Shown here: positions 18,849 to 27,730 of the stretch, piece after piece
Layout of the letters: each line of letters begins with the position of its first letter
How positions within the stretch are numbered: position 1 is the first letter of the stretch
Source: Alphaproteobacteria bacterium
GTDB lineage: Bacteria > Pseudomonadota > Alphaproteobacteria > MPNO01
Length of the DNA stretch: 64,000 nt
Assembly (NCBI GenBank): GCA_964291675.2
Contig: OZ219866.1
Coordinates: 2,208,001 to 2,272,000 of the forward strand
Direction: 5' to 3'
Program-made: the position numbers and the translations under genes
Notes under the pieces: model-generated
The model's database searches: none
The model's input: only the letters and a program-made list of their open reading frames with translations
Told to the model about the DNA's origin: nothing

Positions 18849-19313
18849 ATGACGGTCACGCGCGATGCCGTCATGGAGGTCATCTACGGCTCGTGCCTGC
18901 TGCTCGACGAAGAGCTCTACGACGATTGGCTCGACGAGCTCTGCGATCCCGGGTTTCGCTACAGCATCACCGCGTATTCCAACGAGATAAAGAAGCGCAT
19001 GACCTGGCTCGATCACGGCGCCGAGTCGCTGCGCGCGCTGTGCGCGATGATCCCCGAGCACGTGACCTACCAGGGCCGGTTCCACCGCCACGCGACCCTG
19101 TACCGGCTCTCGCTCGCGAAAGTCGCGGGTACCGCCGAGGCGGTGTCGTCGCTGGTGGTGATCCACACCGACCTCGAGGGCGAGTCGCGGTTCTATGCGG
19201 CGGGCCGCTACAACGACACGCTGGACCTGTCGGGCGCCCAGCCCCGCCTGCTCGCGCGCAATGTCGACCTCGATACCCGCGTCCTCGAATTCGGCTCGCA
19301 CAGGCCGTTGTGA
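18849..19313 (+). CDS. Rieske oxygenase beta subunit (MsmB-like), copy 1
   Basis: IY.SCLLLD, F.Y.ITAYS.EI, GRY.D, R.V.LDTR; directly downstream of the alpha subunit. Confidence 0.85.
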   Translation: MTVTRDAVMEVIYGSCLLLDEELYDDWLDELCDPGFRYSITAYSNEIKKRMTWLDHGAESLRALCAMIPEHVTYQGRFHRHATLYRLSLAKVAGTAEAVSSLVVIHTDLEGESRFYAAGRYNDTLDLSGAQPRLLARNVDLDTRVLEFGSHRPL

Positions 19314-19412
19314 CCGCAAGGCGGGACGCGCGATCGCGTCTTGTTACCGGGGGATCTGCGCGCGAGGCAGGATCGACGATAAAGCTGCAACAAGACCAAG
19401 GGAGGACAACAG

Positions 19413-20411
19413 ATGAAGAACTCGTTCGGACGCATCGTCCTTGCAGCCTCTGTGGGCTGCCTTTCCGCCGGCGCCGGGTTGCACGCCGTCGCGGCGGAAG
19501 TGACGCTAAAATCGCTCTCGGCGGCGCCCCGCCATCTCGTCTTCATGAAACCGATGGACGAGTTCGAACGGCTGGTCAACGAGAGAGGCGAGGGGGTCGT
19601 GAAGATCAGCTATCTCGGCGGGCCCGAAGCGATTCCGACGCCCGAGCAGTTCCGTGCCATCAGCACCGGCCTGGTCGATGTCCATGTCGGGCCGAACCAA
19701 TGGTTCCAGGGCCAGCTCGCCTACTCCCAGGTCTTCAATCCGGGCAACAAGTCGGTCGCGGAGCTGCGCGAGGGCGGCGGCTTCGCGGCGATTCAGGCGG
19801 AGTATCGCAAACACGCCAATCTTGAACTGTTGAACTACCTGGGGGAGCCGGTCAGGTTCTATCTCTACTTGCGGAAACCGCCCAAGCGGACCGCCGACGG
19901 CGGCATCGACCTGTCCGGGCTGACCATCCGCGGGACCGGCACCGAGAAAACGTTTCTCCACAAGCTCGGCGCCGTGCATCGCAATATCCAGGTGCCGGAG
20001 ATGTACACCGCCTTGCAGCGGGGCGCGATCGACGGGGTCACCTATGTCAACATCGCGGTTACCCAGCTCGGGCTTCACAAGTTCCTGAAGTATCGGGTTC
20101 GGCCGACATTCGCCCAAGGCGATCTCGCCACCAACGTCAATCTCGACCGGTGGAAGTCGCTGTCCCGCGAAGCCAGGGCCGTCCTGAACCAGGCAGCCCG
20201 CGATACCGAGACCTGGACCAATGCGTTTTGGGAGAAGATCGCCGCCGAAGAGCTCGCCAAGCTGCGGCAGGCCGGCATGCAGGACATCGCCCTGACGGGC
20301 AAGGCCGCCAAGACCTATGTCGGGCATTACACGAACTCGCGTTGGGCAGAGATCGCCAAGCGAATCGGGCCCGACGAGTCCAAGCGCTTTCATGACCTCT
20401 TCACCAAGTAG
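19413..20411 (+). CDS. dctP: TRAP transporter substrate-binding protein
   Basis: Signal peptide; GGPEAIP, LSGLTIR, EMYTALQRGAIDG. Confidence 0.88.
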   Translation: MKNSFGRIVLAASVGCLSAGAGLHAVAAEVTLKSLSAAPRHLVFMKPMDEFERLVNERGEGVVKISYLGGPEAIPTPEQFRAISTGLVDVHVGPNQWFQGQLAYSQVFNPGNKSVAELREGGGFAAIQAEYRKHANLELLNYLGEPVRFYLYLRKPPKRTADGGIDLSGLTIRGTGTEKTFLHKLGAVHRNIQVPEMYTALQRGAIDGVTYVNIAVTQLGLHKFLKYRVRPTFAQGDLATNVNLDRWKSLSREARAVLNQAARDTETWTNAFWEKIAAEELAKLRQAGMQDIALTGKAAKTYVGHYTNSRWAEIAKRIGPDESKRFHDLFTK

Positions 20412-20436
20412 CGGTTGTTGACCGGGCGCCGAACGC

Positions 20437-20949
20437 GTGCAGCGTTTGGCCAGGATCTATGACGCCACGATCGTCGCCTCCGCGGTCGTGGCGGGCGCGC
20501 TCGTCGCATTCATCTTCGCGGCGATCTTTGTCGATGTGACGGTTCACGCCTTCGGTGTTCAGCCCCCGGTCTGGGCGGCCTCGGCGGTCGAGTATTCCAT
20601 GCTTTATCTGACCATGCTTGCGGCCCCCTGGCTGGTGCGCAAGAAGGCTCACATCGTCATCGATATCGTCCGGTCCCAGGTTTCCGAGGCGGCGCGGCGG
20701 AGGCTTGAGCTCATCGTCTGTGCGACCGCGATCGTCGCCTGCTTCATCCTCGCCTATTTCGGCGCGGAGCTGACCATTGACACCTACGAACGCGGCGATC
20801 TCGACATCCGCTCGGTCGACGTGCCGCGCTGGCTGCTATACGCGCCGATGCCGGCCGGGTTCCTGTTGCTCGGGTGCGAGTTCGTGCGCCTTCTGTTCGG
20901 TGCCGACTCGCTCTATCGCGACAAGCCGGCCGAGGGCGGAGGCCTGTAG
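20437..20949 (+). CDS. dctQ: TRAP transporter small permease
   Basis: Four TM segments, EYSMLY, HIVID. Confidence 0.85.
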   Translation: MQRLARIYDATIVASAVVAGALVAFIFAAIFVDVTVHAFGVQPPVWAASAVEYSMLYLTMLAAPWLVRKKAHIVIDIVRSQVSEAARRRLELIVCATAIVACFILAYFGAELTIDTYERGDLDIRSVDVPRWLLYAPMPAGFLLLGCEFVRLLFGADSLYRDKPAEGGGL

Positions 20950-20951
20950 AC

Positions 20952-22265
20952 TTGGCCTGGTACGAAGCCGGCGGATTGATGCTGGGCCTGCTCCTTGCCC
21001 AGATGGCCATCGGCATGCCTGTCTTTCTCGCCTTTCTCACGACCAATGCGATAGGCGTCATGCTGTTCATGGGCGGGACCGGCGACTTCGCCCAGCTCAT
21101 TTCGAACGCGACCGTGACGGTGACCAGCTTCCTGCTGGTTCCGGTTCCCCTCTTCATCCTGATGGGGGAGATATTCTTCCACACCGGACTCGCGCTTCGC
21201 GTCTTCGAGGGCGTCGACAAGATGGTCGGGCGCCTGCCGGGGCGATTGTCGTATCTGGCGGTCGTCAGCGGCACCATCTTTGCGACGCTCTCCGGTTCGA
21301 GCATCGCCAGCGGGGCGATGATGGCCTCGATGCTGGTGCCCGAAATGACCAAGCGCGGCTACAGCATCAACCTCTCGGTCGGTCCCATCCTGGGGTCGGG
21401 CGGCCTCGCGATGATCATCCCGCCCTCGGCGCTCGCGGTGCTGCTCGGCAGTCTGGCGCGAATCGACATCGGTGCGCTTTTGATCGCCGGGTTGTTCCCC
21501 GGCATGATCCTGGGCGGCCTCTACGTCATCAATATCTTCATCCACGTCAAGGTGAACCCGGAAGCGGCGCCGGAATACGACGTCGCGTCGACATCGCTCC
21601 TCGAAAAGCTGTGGGCATTCGTCGCCAATATCCTGCCCATGGTGGTGATCGTGTTTGCGGTCGTCGGCGTGATCATCCTCGGCATCGCGACGCCGTCGGA
21701 ATCGGGCGCCTTCGGAGTGTTCAGCGTTCTCGCTCTCGCCGCCGCCTACAGACGGCTCAGCGTGGACGCGATCGTGCGCGCCGTAAGGGGGACGCTGATC
21801 GTCACCGCGATGACGTTCATCATTCTCGTCGGCTCATCCACCTTCAGCCAGATCATGGCGTTCGCCGGCGCGAGCTCCGGGCTGGTGGTGCTGGCGGGCG
21901 AGCTTCGCCTCGGGCCCACCGAGATGCTGCTGGTGATGTTCACCGTGCTCGTGCTGCTCGGCATGTTCGTCGATCAGCTATCGCAGATGATGCTGACGCT
22001 GCCGATCTTCATGCCGCTGATCGTCGCCCTGGGGTTCGATCCGATCTGGTTCGGCGTGGTCATGCTGCTGGCGATGGAAATCAGCCTGATCACGCCGCCC
22101 TTTGGCGTCCTCCTGTTCGTCATGATGGGCGCCGGCCCGCCCGGAGCGACATTGCCCAAGGTCGCCCTGGCGGGGCTGCCCTATATCTTGTGCGGGATCG
22201 TGCTGCTCGGTCTGCTGATAGCGTTTCCCGGGATAGCGCTCTATCTGCCCGGGCTTGCCGGTTGA
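20952..22265 (+). CDS. dctM: TRAP transporter large permease
   Basis: VPLFILMGE, SGSS, IIPPS, ATPSESGA, ITPPFG; start codon (TTG) uncertain. Confidence 0.9.
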   Translation: MAWYEAGGLMLGLLLAQMAIGMPVFLAFLTTNAIGVMLFMGGTGDFAQLISNATVTVTSFLLVPVPLFILMGEIFFHTGLALRVFEGVDKMVGRLPGRLSYLAVVSGTIFATLSGSSIASGAMMASMLVPEMTKRGYSINLSVGPILGSGGLAMIIPPSALAVLLGSLARIDIGALLIAGLFPGMILGGLYVINIFIHVKVNPEAAPEYDVASTSLLEKLWAFVANILPMVVIVFAVVGVIILGIATPSESGAFGVFSVLALAAAYRRLSVDAIVRAVRGTLIVTAMTFIILVGSSTFSQIMAFAGASSGLVVLAGELRLGPTEMLLVMFTVLVLLGMFVDQLSQMMLTLPIFMPLIVALGFDPIWFGVVMLLAMEISLITPPFGVLLFVMMGAGPPGATLPKVALAGLPYILCGIVLLGLLIAFPGIALYLPGLAG

Positions 22266-22287
22266 GGCCGCCGCGGCGACGCCGTCC

Positions 22288-25053
22288 TCAGAACCCGTCC
22301 GGAAGCAGCCCCATCTCCCGCGCGCGGCGCACCGCCTCCGTGCGGTTGCGCGCCTTCAGCTTGGCGAACAGCTTGCGGATGTGATAGCGCACGCCGTAGG
22401 CGCTCAGCCCCAGCGCGTCGGCGATCTCTGTGTCCCGCTCTCCCTCGAGCCGCCGCAGAACCTCCCTCTCTCGCTCGCTCAGGGCTGGAGGTCGAGCACC
22501 ATCGAGCCTTTCCATCGCCGCCAGAATCGAGCGCGCGCTCTCCTTGCCGGGAGACTCCGGGGCGGCTTCGAGCAATGCCGCCAGGGGTCCGGCGCAGTCC
22601 GCGCGCTCCCGCACCAGCGGGCCCGCGTAGGGCGTTTCGGCGTACAGGTCGAGATACGCCTCCATATGTCCGGCCGCGGCCGCTGCCGCGCCGGCGCGGA
22701 TTTCGAGCACAACGGTCAGCGCGAGCGCGCGCATCAGCGTCCGCCGCAACCCCCGCGCCGCCACCGCCGCGCGCAGCTCGTCGGCGAAGCCGCGGCCTTC
22801 CTCGAAGCGCCCGCGCCCGATCGCCAGGCGAAGGCGCGCACAGGACAGCGCCTCCATCTCGCGCCAGGTCTGGCCGGTCAGGTCCAGGCAGCCGGCCGCC
22901 GTCTCCGGCAGATCGTCCGACTTCCAGGCGCTTTCCGCTTCGCCGACCAGCCCCGCCATCGCCAGCAGCGAAACCCGGAGCGCCGAAACGTACCGCACGA
23001 GGGCCGGCAGCCGGGCGCCGCGCACGTAACCCAGCATGTCTTCCGCCGCGGTCAGCGCGCTGTCGACACCGTCGTCCCGCAGCTTCAGCTCCACCACCGT
23101 GCCGCTCGCCCCCGCAGCGGCCCGCAAGGGCGAGCTTCCCGGCTCCAGCGCCCGCGGGATGCGGGTGAGCTCCGCCTCCGGCGCCGCGCGGCCGCATTCC
23201 AGGGCAAGCTCCTGCGACAGAACCTCGCAGATCGCCGCCGACTCGCTCTCGACCCCGTAACTCTCCCGCGCGACCCTCGCGGCTCGACCGTAATGCGCCG
23301 CCGCGTCCTTCACCCGGCCCTGCGCCATGGCGATCTGCCCGACGTGGATTTCGAGGAACATCGTCATGTAGCGACTCTTGCCCAGGCACGCCTGCGCCCG
23401 CGCGGCATGGTCGAGGCCGGTCCTGAAATTCGCCGTCATGCTGCCCACGATGCAGAGGCTGACCTCCATGATGCCCCGCGTCAGAACGTCGATCGACGGC
23501 GAGTCCGCGAGCCGTTCGACCTCGGCCAGAAGCGTCCGCACCAGCGAAGAGCCGAAGCGCTCCGCGCCGTACAGGACGATCATGCCGCGTACCACGCAGT
23601 GCTCCGCCGCCGTCTCCAACGCCACCTCGCTCGCATCGTCTTCGAGACTGCCGATAAGCGCCGCCAGGGGACGGTATCTCTCCTTCGCCTCTTCCATCCG
23701 CCCCGACAGGATCAGCGCCAGGCAGCGCGCCAGCCCGAGCCGCGGCCGCGCGCCGATGACGTCTTCGCTCAGCAGACGCTCGGCGGCCTGGAACTGGACC
23801 AGCCCCTCCCGGGAGAGCAGGCGAACGCCGCCCGCCCGCTCCATGATCTCGCCCGCGAGCGCCGCCTCTCCCGCCTCGACGGCATGACGCATGGCGACCG
23901 CCGTCTGGCCCCGGCGCGCGAGAGCTTCGGCGATGCGCCGATGGATGATGCGAAACCGCTGCGGCGCCTCCCGGAAGCGGCGTCTGACGCAATGTTCGCG
24001 GATCAACGGATGCAACCGCCAGATATCCGTCGCGCCGTCGCGGACAGGCTCGAGCATGCCGACCAGGACGGGCATCGTGTCGATCCGGTGCATCGAATCG
24101 CTGCGCTGCAATACGTCGTCGAGAAGCGCCGCGTCCATCCACTCGAACAGCCCGATATCGAGCAGGAATTCCCGGTCCTCCCACCCGAGCCCGGCGAAGA
24201 GCCGCGACTCCACCCAGTTCTCCACGATTTCCTGCGCCGCCCGCGCGGCATCGCGCCCGCCGCCCGCCAGCTCGTTGCGGGAGATCCGGAGCGCGAACGG
24301 CCAACCGGCCGATTCCGACATCAACGCCGTCAGCCGCTCCCGCGTGAGCTTGCCGTCGAAAAACGCCGCGACCTCCGCGCGGGAAAACCGCAGGTCTTCC
24401 GCCGACAGGATCGCCGCCCGGCCTTCCAGCACGGCGCCGGCCACGTTCACGCCGGCGGGCAACTGCCGGCACGCGAATGCGAAATGCAGGTTGGGCGGGC
24501 CGCGCTTCAGCAGGTATTCCAGCAGCGCCGCCGAATCCGGGTTCCCGAGCCGTTCAAGCTCGTCGAACACCAGCACGAACGGCTCTTCGAGATGCGCGAT
24601 CTCGCGCAGCGCGATCTCGCTGCGGCGTTCCGTCCCGCCCTCCGTCTGGCCCAAATCGGACATCGCGAGGCCCTCCAGCCCCGCGACGGAACCCGCCGCG
24701 GCGGACTGGCAGGCATAGGCGATATAGGTGTCGAGAACGGCGGGCTCGTCCTGCTCGTCCACGGAAACCCAGGCGGTGCGGACCCCGTCGTCGCGCAGGC
24801 GGCGGCAGCATTCCGCAAGCAGGATGGTCTTGCCGAACCCGGCAGGCGCCTGCAGCACCGTGAGACGCCGGCGGGTCGGCATGGCGAGCTCGACCAGCGC
24901 CGCGCGCTCCAGGTAGCCGGCCACCCGGTCCGGCACCGCGACCTTCTGGCCCAGCAACCAGGGAAGAGACCGTCCGTCCCCGGAGTGTCCGCCCGCGCCG
25001 GCGGGCGATCCCTCCGCCTTGCCGCCTCGCATGTCCCGATCGGTTCCGCTCAT
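22288..25053 (-). CDS. MalT-like large ATP-binding LuxR regulator (STAND ATPase + C-terminal LuxR HTH)
   Basis: Walker A APAGFGKT, Walker B VFDELE, DLRFS, AGWP, RLHPL, LSEREREVL...IA..LGLS...VRYH; start may be 25032. Confidence 0.9.
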   Translation of the reverse strand: MSGTDRDMRGGKAEGSPAGAGGHSGDGRSLPWLLGQKVAVPDRVAGYLERAALVELAMPTRRRLTVLQAPAGFGKTILLAECCRRLRDDGVRTAWVSVDEQDEPAVLDTYIAYACQSAAAGSVAGLEGLAMSDLGQTEGGTERRSEIALREIAHLEEPFVLVFDELERLGNPDSAALLEYLLKRGPPNLHFAFACRQLPAGVNVAGAVLEGRAAILSAEDLRFSRAEVAAFFDGKLTRERLTALMSESAGWPFALRISRNELAGGGRDAARAAQEIVENWVESRLFAGLGWEDREFLLDIGLFEWMDAALLDDVLQRSDSMHRIDTMPVLVGMLEPVRDGATDIWRLHPLIREHCVRRRFREAPQRFRIIHRRIAEALARRGQTAVAMRHAVEAGEAALAGEIMERAGGVRLLSREGLVQFQAAERLLSEDVIGARPRLGLARCLALILSGRMEEAKERYRPLAALIGSLEDDASEVALETAAEHCVVRGMIVLYGAERFGSSLVRTLLAEVERLADSPSIDVLTRGIMEVSLCIVGSMTANFRTGLDHAARAQACLGKSRYMTMFLEIHVGQIAMAQGRVKDAAAHYGRAARVARESYGVESESAAICEVLSQELALECGRAAPEAELTRIPRALEPGSSPLRAAAGASGTVVELKLRDDGVDSALTAAEDMLGYVRGARLPALVRYVSALRVSLLAMAGLVGEAESAWKSDDLPETAAGCLDLTGQTWREMEALSCARLRLAIGRGRFEEGRGFADELRAAVAARGLRRTLMRALALTVVLEIRAGAAAAAAGHMEAYLDLYAETPYAGPLVRERADCAGPLAALLEAAPESPGKESARSILAAMERLDGARPPALSEREREVLRRLEGERDTEIADALGLSAYGVRYHIRKLFAKLKARNRTEAVRRAREMGLLPDGF

Positions 25054-25639
25054 CGCGCGCGCCGCACGGGACACGGCGGCCCGCGCCGATGTCGCGCGCC
25101 TGCCCGCGCGGTCGCGACCGCCCGCGGGCTGGGCGGCCCGGCACCGCAAATTGTCGGCCTGCTACACATCGACCTTCGTCAAGCCTGTCGGCTGGATGAC
25201 GGCCGCGCCGTCAATCGAACCTGTGGTAAATCGCTTTGCGCCAAACTATATAAAATTTTGCCCTTTGCTAAAATTCCCGGGCTTCACCGCAGATGAATTT
25301 CGCGCACGCGCTCGACCCGAAGCGGCACGACCGGCGATCGCGCCCGCTCGCAAGAGCTCGATCGTCTCGCCCATCCTTGCGAGATCGGCGAGACTGGCCG
25401 TCCGCCGCGCGGCCCTCCGATCGGGGGTCGGTCTTCCAGGCCGACCGCCAAGCAGGGGGCCGGCGCGTGACAGGCCGCTGCCGGCCGGTCGGCGGCAACC
25501 GCATTGAACGGATTTCCCGTGGAAACTCAGTAACGTACAAGAAGTCGCCCGGGTGTCTTCCCGCCGTTTCGGTCCTCTGGTCGCGCTTGCGCCGGCCGCG
25601 GTGGCCACCTAGATTCCAGACCGGGACGGGAGAAACGAG

Positions 25640-25777
25640 ATGGGCGAGGATCGGGAGTTCAGGGCCGCGGCCCCCGAGCGGCAGGCGAACGCGCTCCTGA
25701 AGCCGACGAAGAACACGGCATCGACCGACACCGGCCGCACGGCCGAAAAGGAAGCGGAACGCGCTTCCGCCGCCTAG
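25640..25777 (+). CDS. Possible small protein (45 aa, MGEDREFRAAAPERQANALLKP...)
   Basis: ATG with upstream GGGAG, open to TAG 25775-25777; below the ORF-track cutoff; no recognisable domain. Confidence 0.3.
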   Translation: MGEDREFRAAAPERQANALLKPTKNTASTDTGRTAEKEAERASAA

Positions 25778-25791
25778 CCCGGGATCCGGCG

Positions 25792-26043
25792 ATGTCTCAG
25801 ACGAAGACCGTCAGCACTGCGGTTGTCGCCTCGCTGTTGATTGCTTTCGCATCAGCCATTCGAGAAGTCGATTCCCTTCAAGAAGCAGGCTATCAAGAGA
25901 AATTGCTGCAGTCCCTCGATCGCCACCTCGCGCCCCTGCTCGCCGAGGATTCTCCGCTGCCGGAGACTGACAGGAGGAACCTTGAGACGCTTCGGACGGC
26001 GTTCGAGAAATATCTTGAGAGCCCGCTCTTGTGGTCTCACTAG
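25792..26043 (+). CDS. Hypothetical protein (83 aa, predicted helical)
   Basis: Non-shadow amino-acid composition; lower GC than the surroundings. Confidence 0.5.
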   Translation: MSQTKTVSTAVVASLLIAFASAIREVDSLQEAGYQEKLLQSLDRHLAPLLAEDSPLPETDRRNLETLRTAFEKYLESPLLWSH

Positions 26044-26586
26044 CGCTTGACATCGGAGGTGCCCCGATCGGCGATGATTTGTACCTTATGCCGGATGCGC
26101 CGGCAGGGCCGTCAAGTCAAGTATGTGAGTGCAAAATGGGACGGTGTCATGCCGCTTCGGCGAGACCGCCTTGTAGTGCCGACTTGTAGTACGCGCTTGC
26201 AGTTAATGGATCGACAACACTGCACACGCCAGCATTGCATTTGCCGAATTCGCGAGAGCGGAGCGGGAAGAGAGCCACGACCGCATGACATCGGAGGGGA
26301 TCGCAATGCGTGACGGGGCGTTGCGGGCTTCAACGCTCTCCGAGCGCTCTGCCGGTCCCGATCACCAAGATGCCGACGGCGAGAACCGACGGACAGGAAC
26401 GCCCGCGCCCCGGCAAGAGACGCGCCGCCCGGGTCGGGTCTTCCGGGTCGGGATGGGCGTGCGGCGCGAAGCGGATGCGACCGGCTCCGCCGTCCGGGGA
26501 TCGCGGAGGCTCCGGTCCGCACTGGCGCCGGCGGCGCAACCGTGTCAAAACGCCCGGACAAACGCAGAAATCCGGGAGGATTCTCC

Positions 26587-27663
26587 ATGTTACAGCGTCT
26601 TCTGGCGGTCCTGGCTGCCGTCGTCCTTGTCTGGTCGGGCGGCTTCGCGAAGGCCGCGGACTATTTCGACGGCAAGACCATCACCGTCCTCAGCCCGGTA
26701 CCGGGCGGCAGCGGGCTCGACCGGCTGACGCGCGCCTTCGTCAGGCACTGGCCGAAGCATATCCCGGGCGAGCCGAAGGTGATCGTCAAGAACATGCCCG
26801 GCGCGGGCGGCGCCAAGGCGCTGAACTTCCTGCAGGAACGCGCCCGGCCCGACGGGTTGACGCTGTATCTGGGTCCCTGGGCCGCGCCCGGCATCATCGC
26901 CGGCGACCCGGCGCTGCGCTACGTGCCGGAAGAGCTGGTGATGATCGGCGCCGGCGGTCTCGACCGGGTCACGCTGATGCGCACCGACGTCGCGCCGGGA
27001 ATCAAGAAGCCGGCCGACGTGATGAAGGTGAAATCGTTCAATGTCGGCGGGCGCCGCCCCGACCAGATGCTGGACTTTTTGGGCAACCTCTCGATGGAGA
27101 TGATCGGCGCCAACTATCGCTTCATCGGCGGCTATCGCGGCATGGCCAAGATCCGCCCGGCCTTCATGTCCAACGAGGTGCAGGCCGCCAATAGCGGCAG
27201 CATCGGCTACTACATATTCTTCAAGGACACCATGCTGAAGGACGGCTCGGCGATCGCGCTGTGGTCGCACCCGAACTTCGACGAGGACGGGAATATCGTC
27301 AAGGCGACATCCTTCCCCGGCGTGCCGAGCTTCGAGGAGGTCTACAAGGAGGTGCACGGGAAAATGCCGGGCGGCCCGCTGTGGAAGACCTACAAGTGGT
27401 ACTCCATGGCGCTCAGCAACGCGACCATGACCGTGTTCGCCGCGCCGAAGACGCCCGGGGAAGCCGCCGATATCCTGCGCGCGGCCTACCAGGCGGCGGC
27501 GAAGGACCCGGCCTATGTCGGCCCGGAAACCAAGCGCCTGGGCGGCACGGGGGTCAACTTCGTCAGCACCGAGGACGCGCTAAAAATCCAGTCGACTTAC
27601 CGCAACGTCGACGACGAAATCCTGGCGACGCTGAAGAGGGTGAGCAGGATCGGGCAGAACTGA
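26587..27663 (+). CDS. Tripartite tricarboxylate transporter substrate-binding protein (TctC/Bug-like)
   Basis: GKTIT.L...PGGSG.D..TR, V.NMPGAGG, PDGLTL, GYRG; RBS GGAGG. Confidence 0.85.
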   Translation: MLQRLLAVLAAVVLVWSGGFAKAADYFDGKTITVLSPVPGGSGLDRLTRAFVRHWPKHIPGEPKVIVKNMPGAGGAKALNFLQERARPDGLTLYLGPWAAPGIIAGDPALRYVPEELVMIGAGGLDRVTLMRTDVAPGIKKPADVMKVKSFNVGGRRPDQMLDFLGNLSMEMIGANYRFIGGYRGMAKIRPAFMSNEVQAANSGSIGYYIFFKDTMLKDGSAIALWSHPNFDEDGNIVKATSFPGVPSFEEVYKEVHGKMPGGPLWKTYKWYSMALSNATMTVFAAPKTPGEAADILRAAYQAAAKDPAYVGPETKRLGGTGVNFVSTEDALKIQSTYRNVDDEILATLKRVSRIGQN

Positions 27664-27683
27664 GGGACGTATTCCGGGTGCCG

Positions 27684-27720
27684 GAGACCGGCGGGGCCCG
27701 CGCGGCCCCGCCTTCGTCTC
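27684..27720. terminator. GC-rich stem-loop between convergent genes (possible bidirectional terminator)
   Basis: ggcggggcc (27690-27698) / ggccccgcc (27704-27712), extended by gagac/gtctc; no long U tract. Confidence 0.45.
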
Positions 27721-27730
27721 TGGAGGGGGG

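Noticed and set aside
22255-25296. 1013-aa + strand ORF and many other long overlapping ORFs (e.g. 5634-7985, 47479-50265, 55369-57654)
   Set aside because: Antisense or alternate-frame shadows of recognisable genes, expected at ~70% GC; Arg/Pro/Ala-rich with no motifs.
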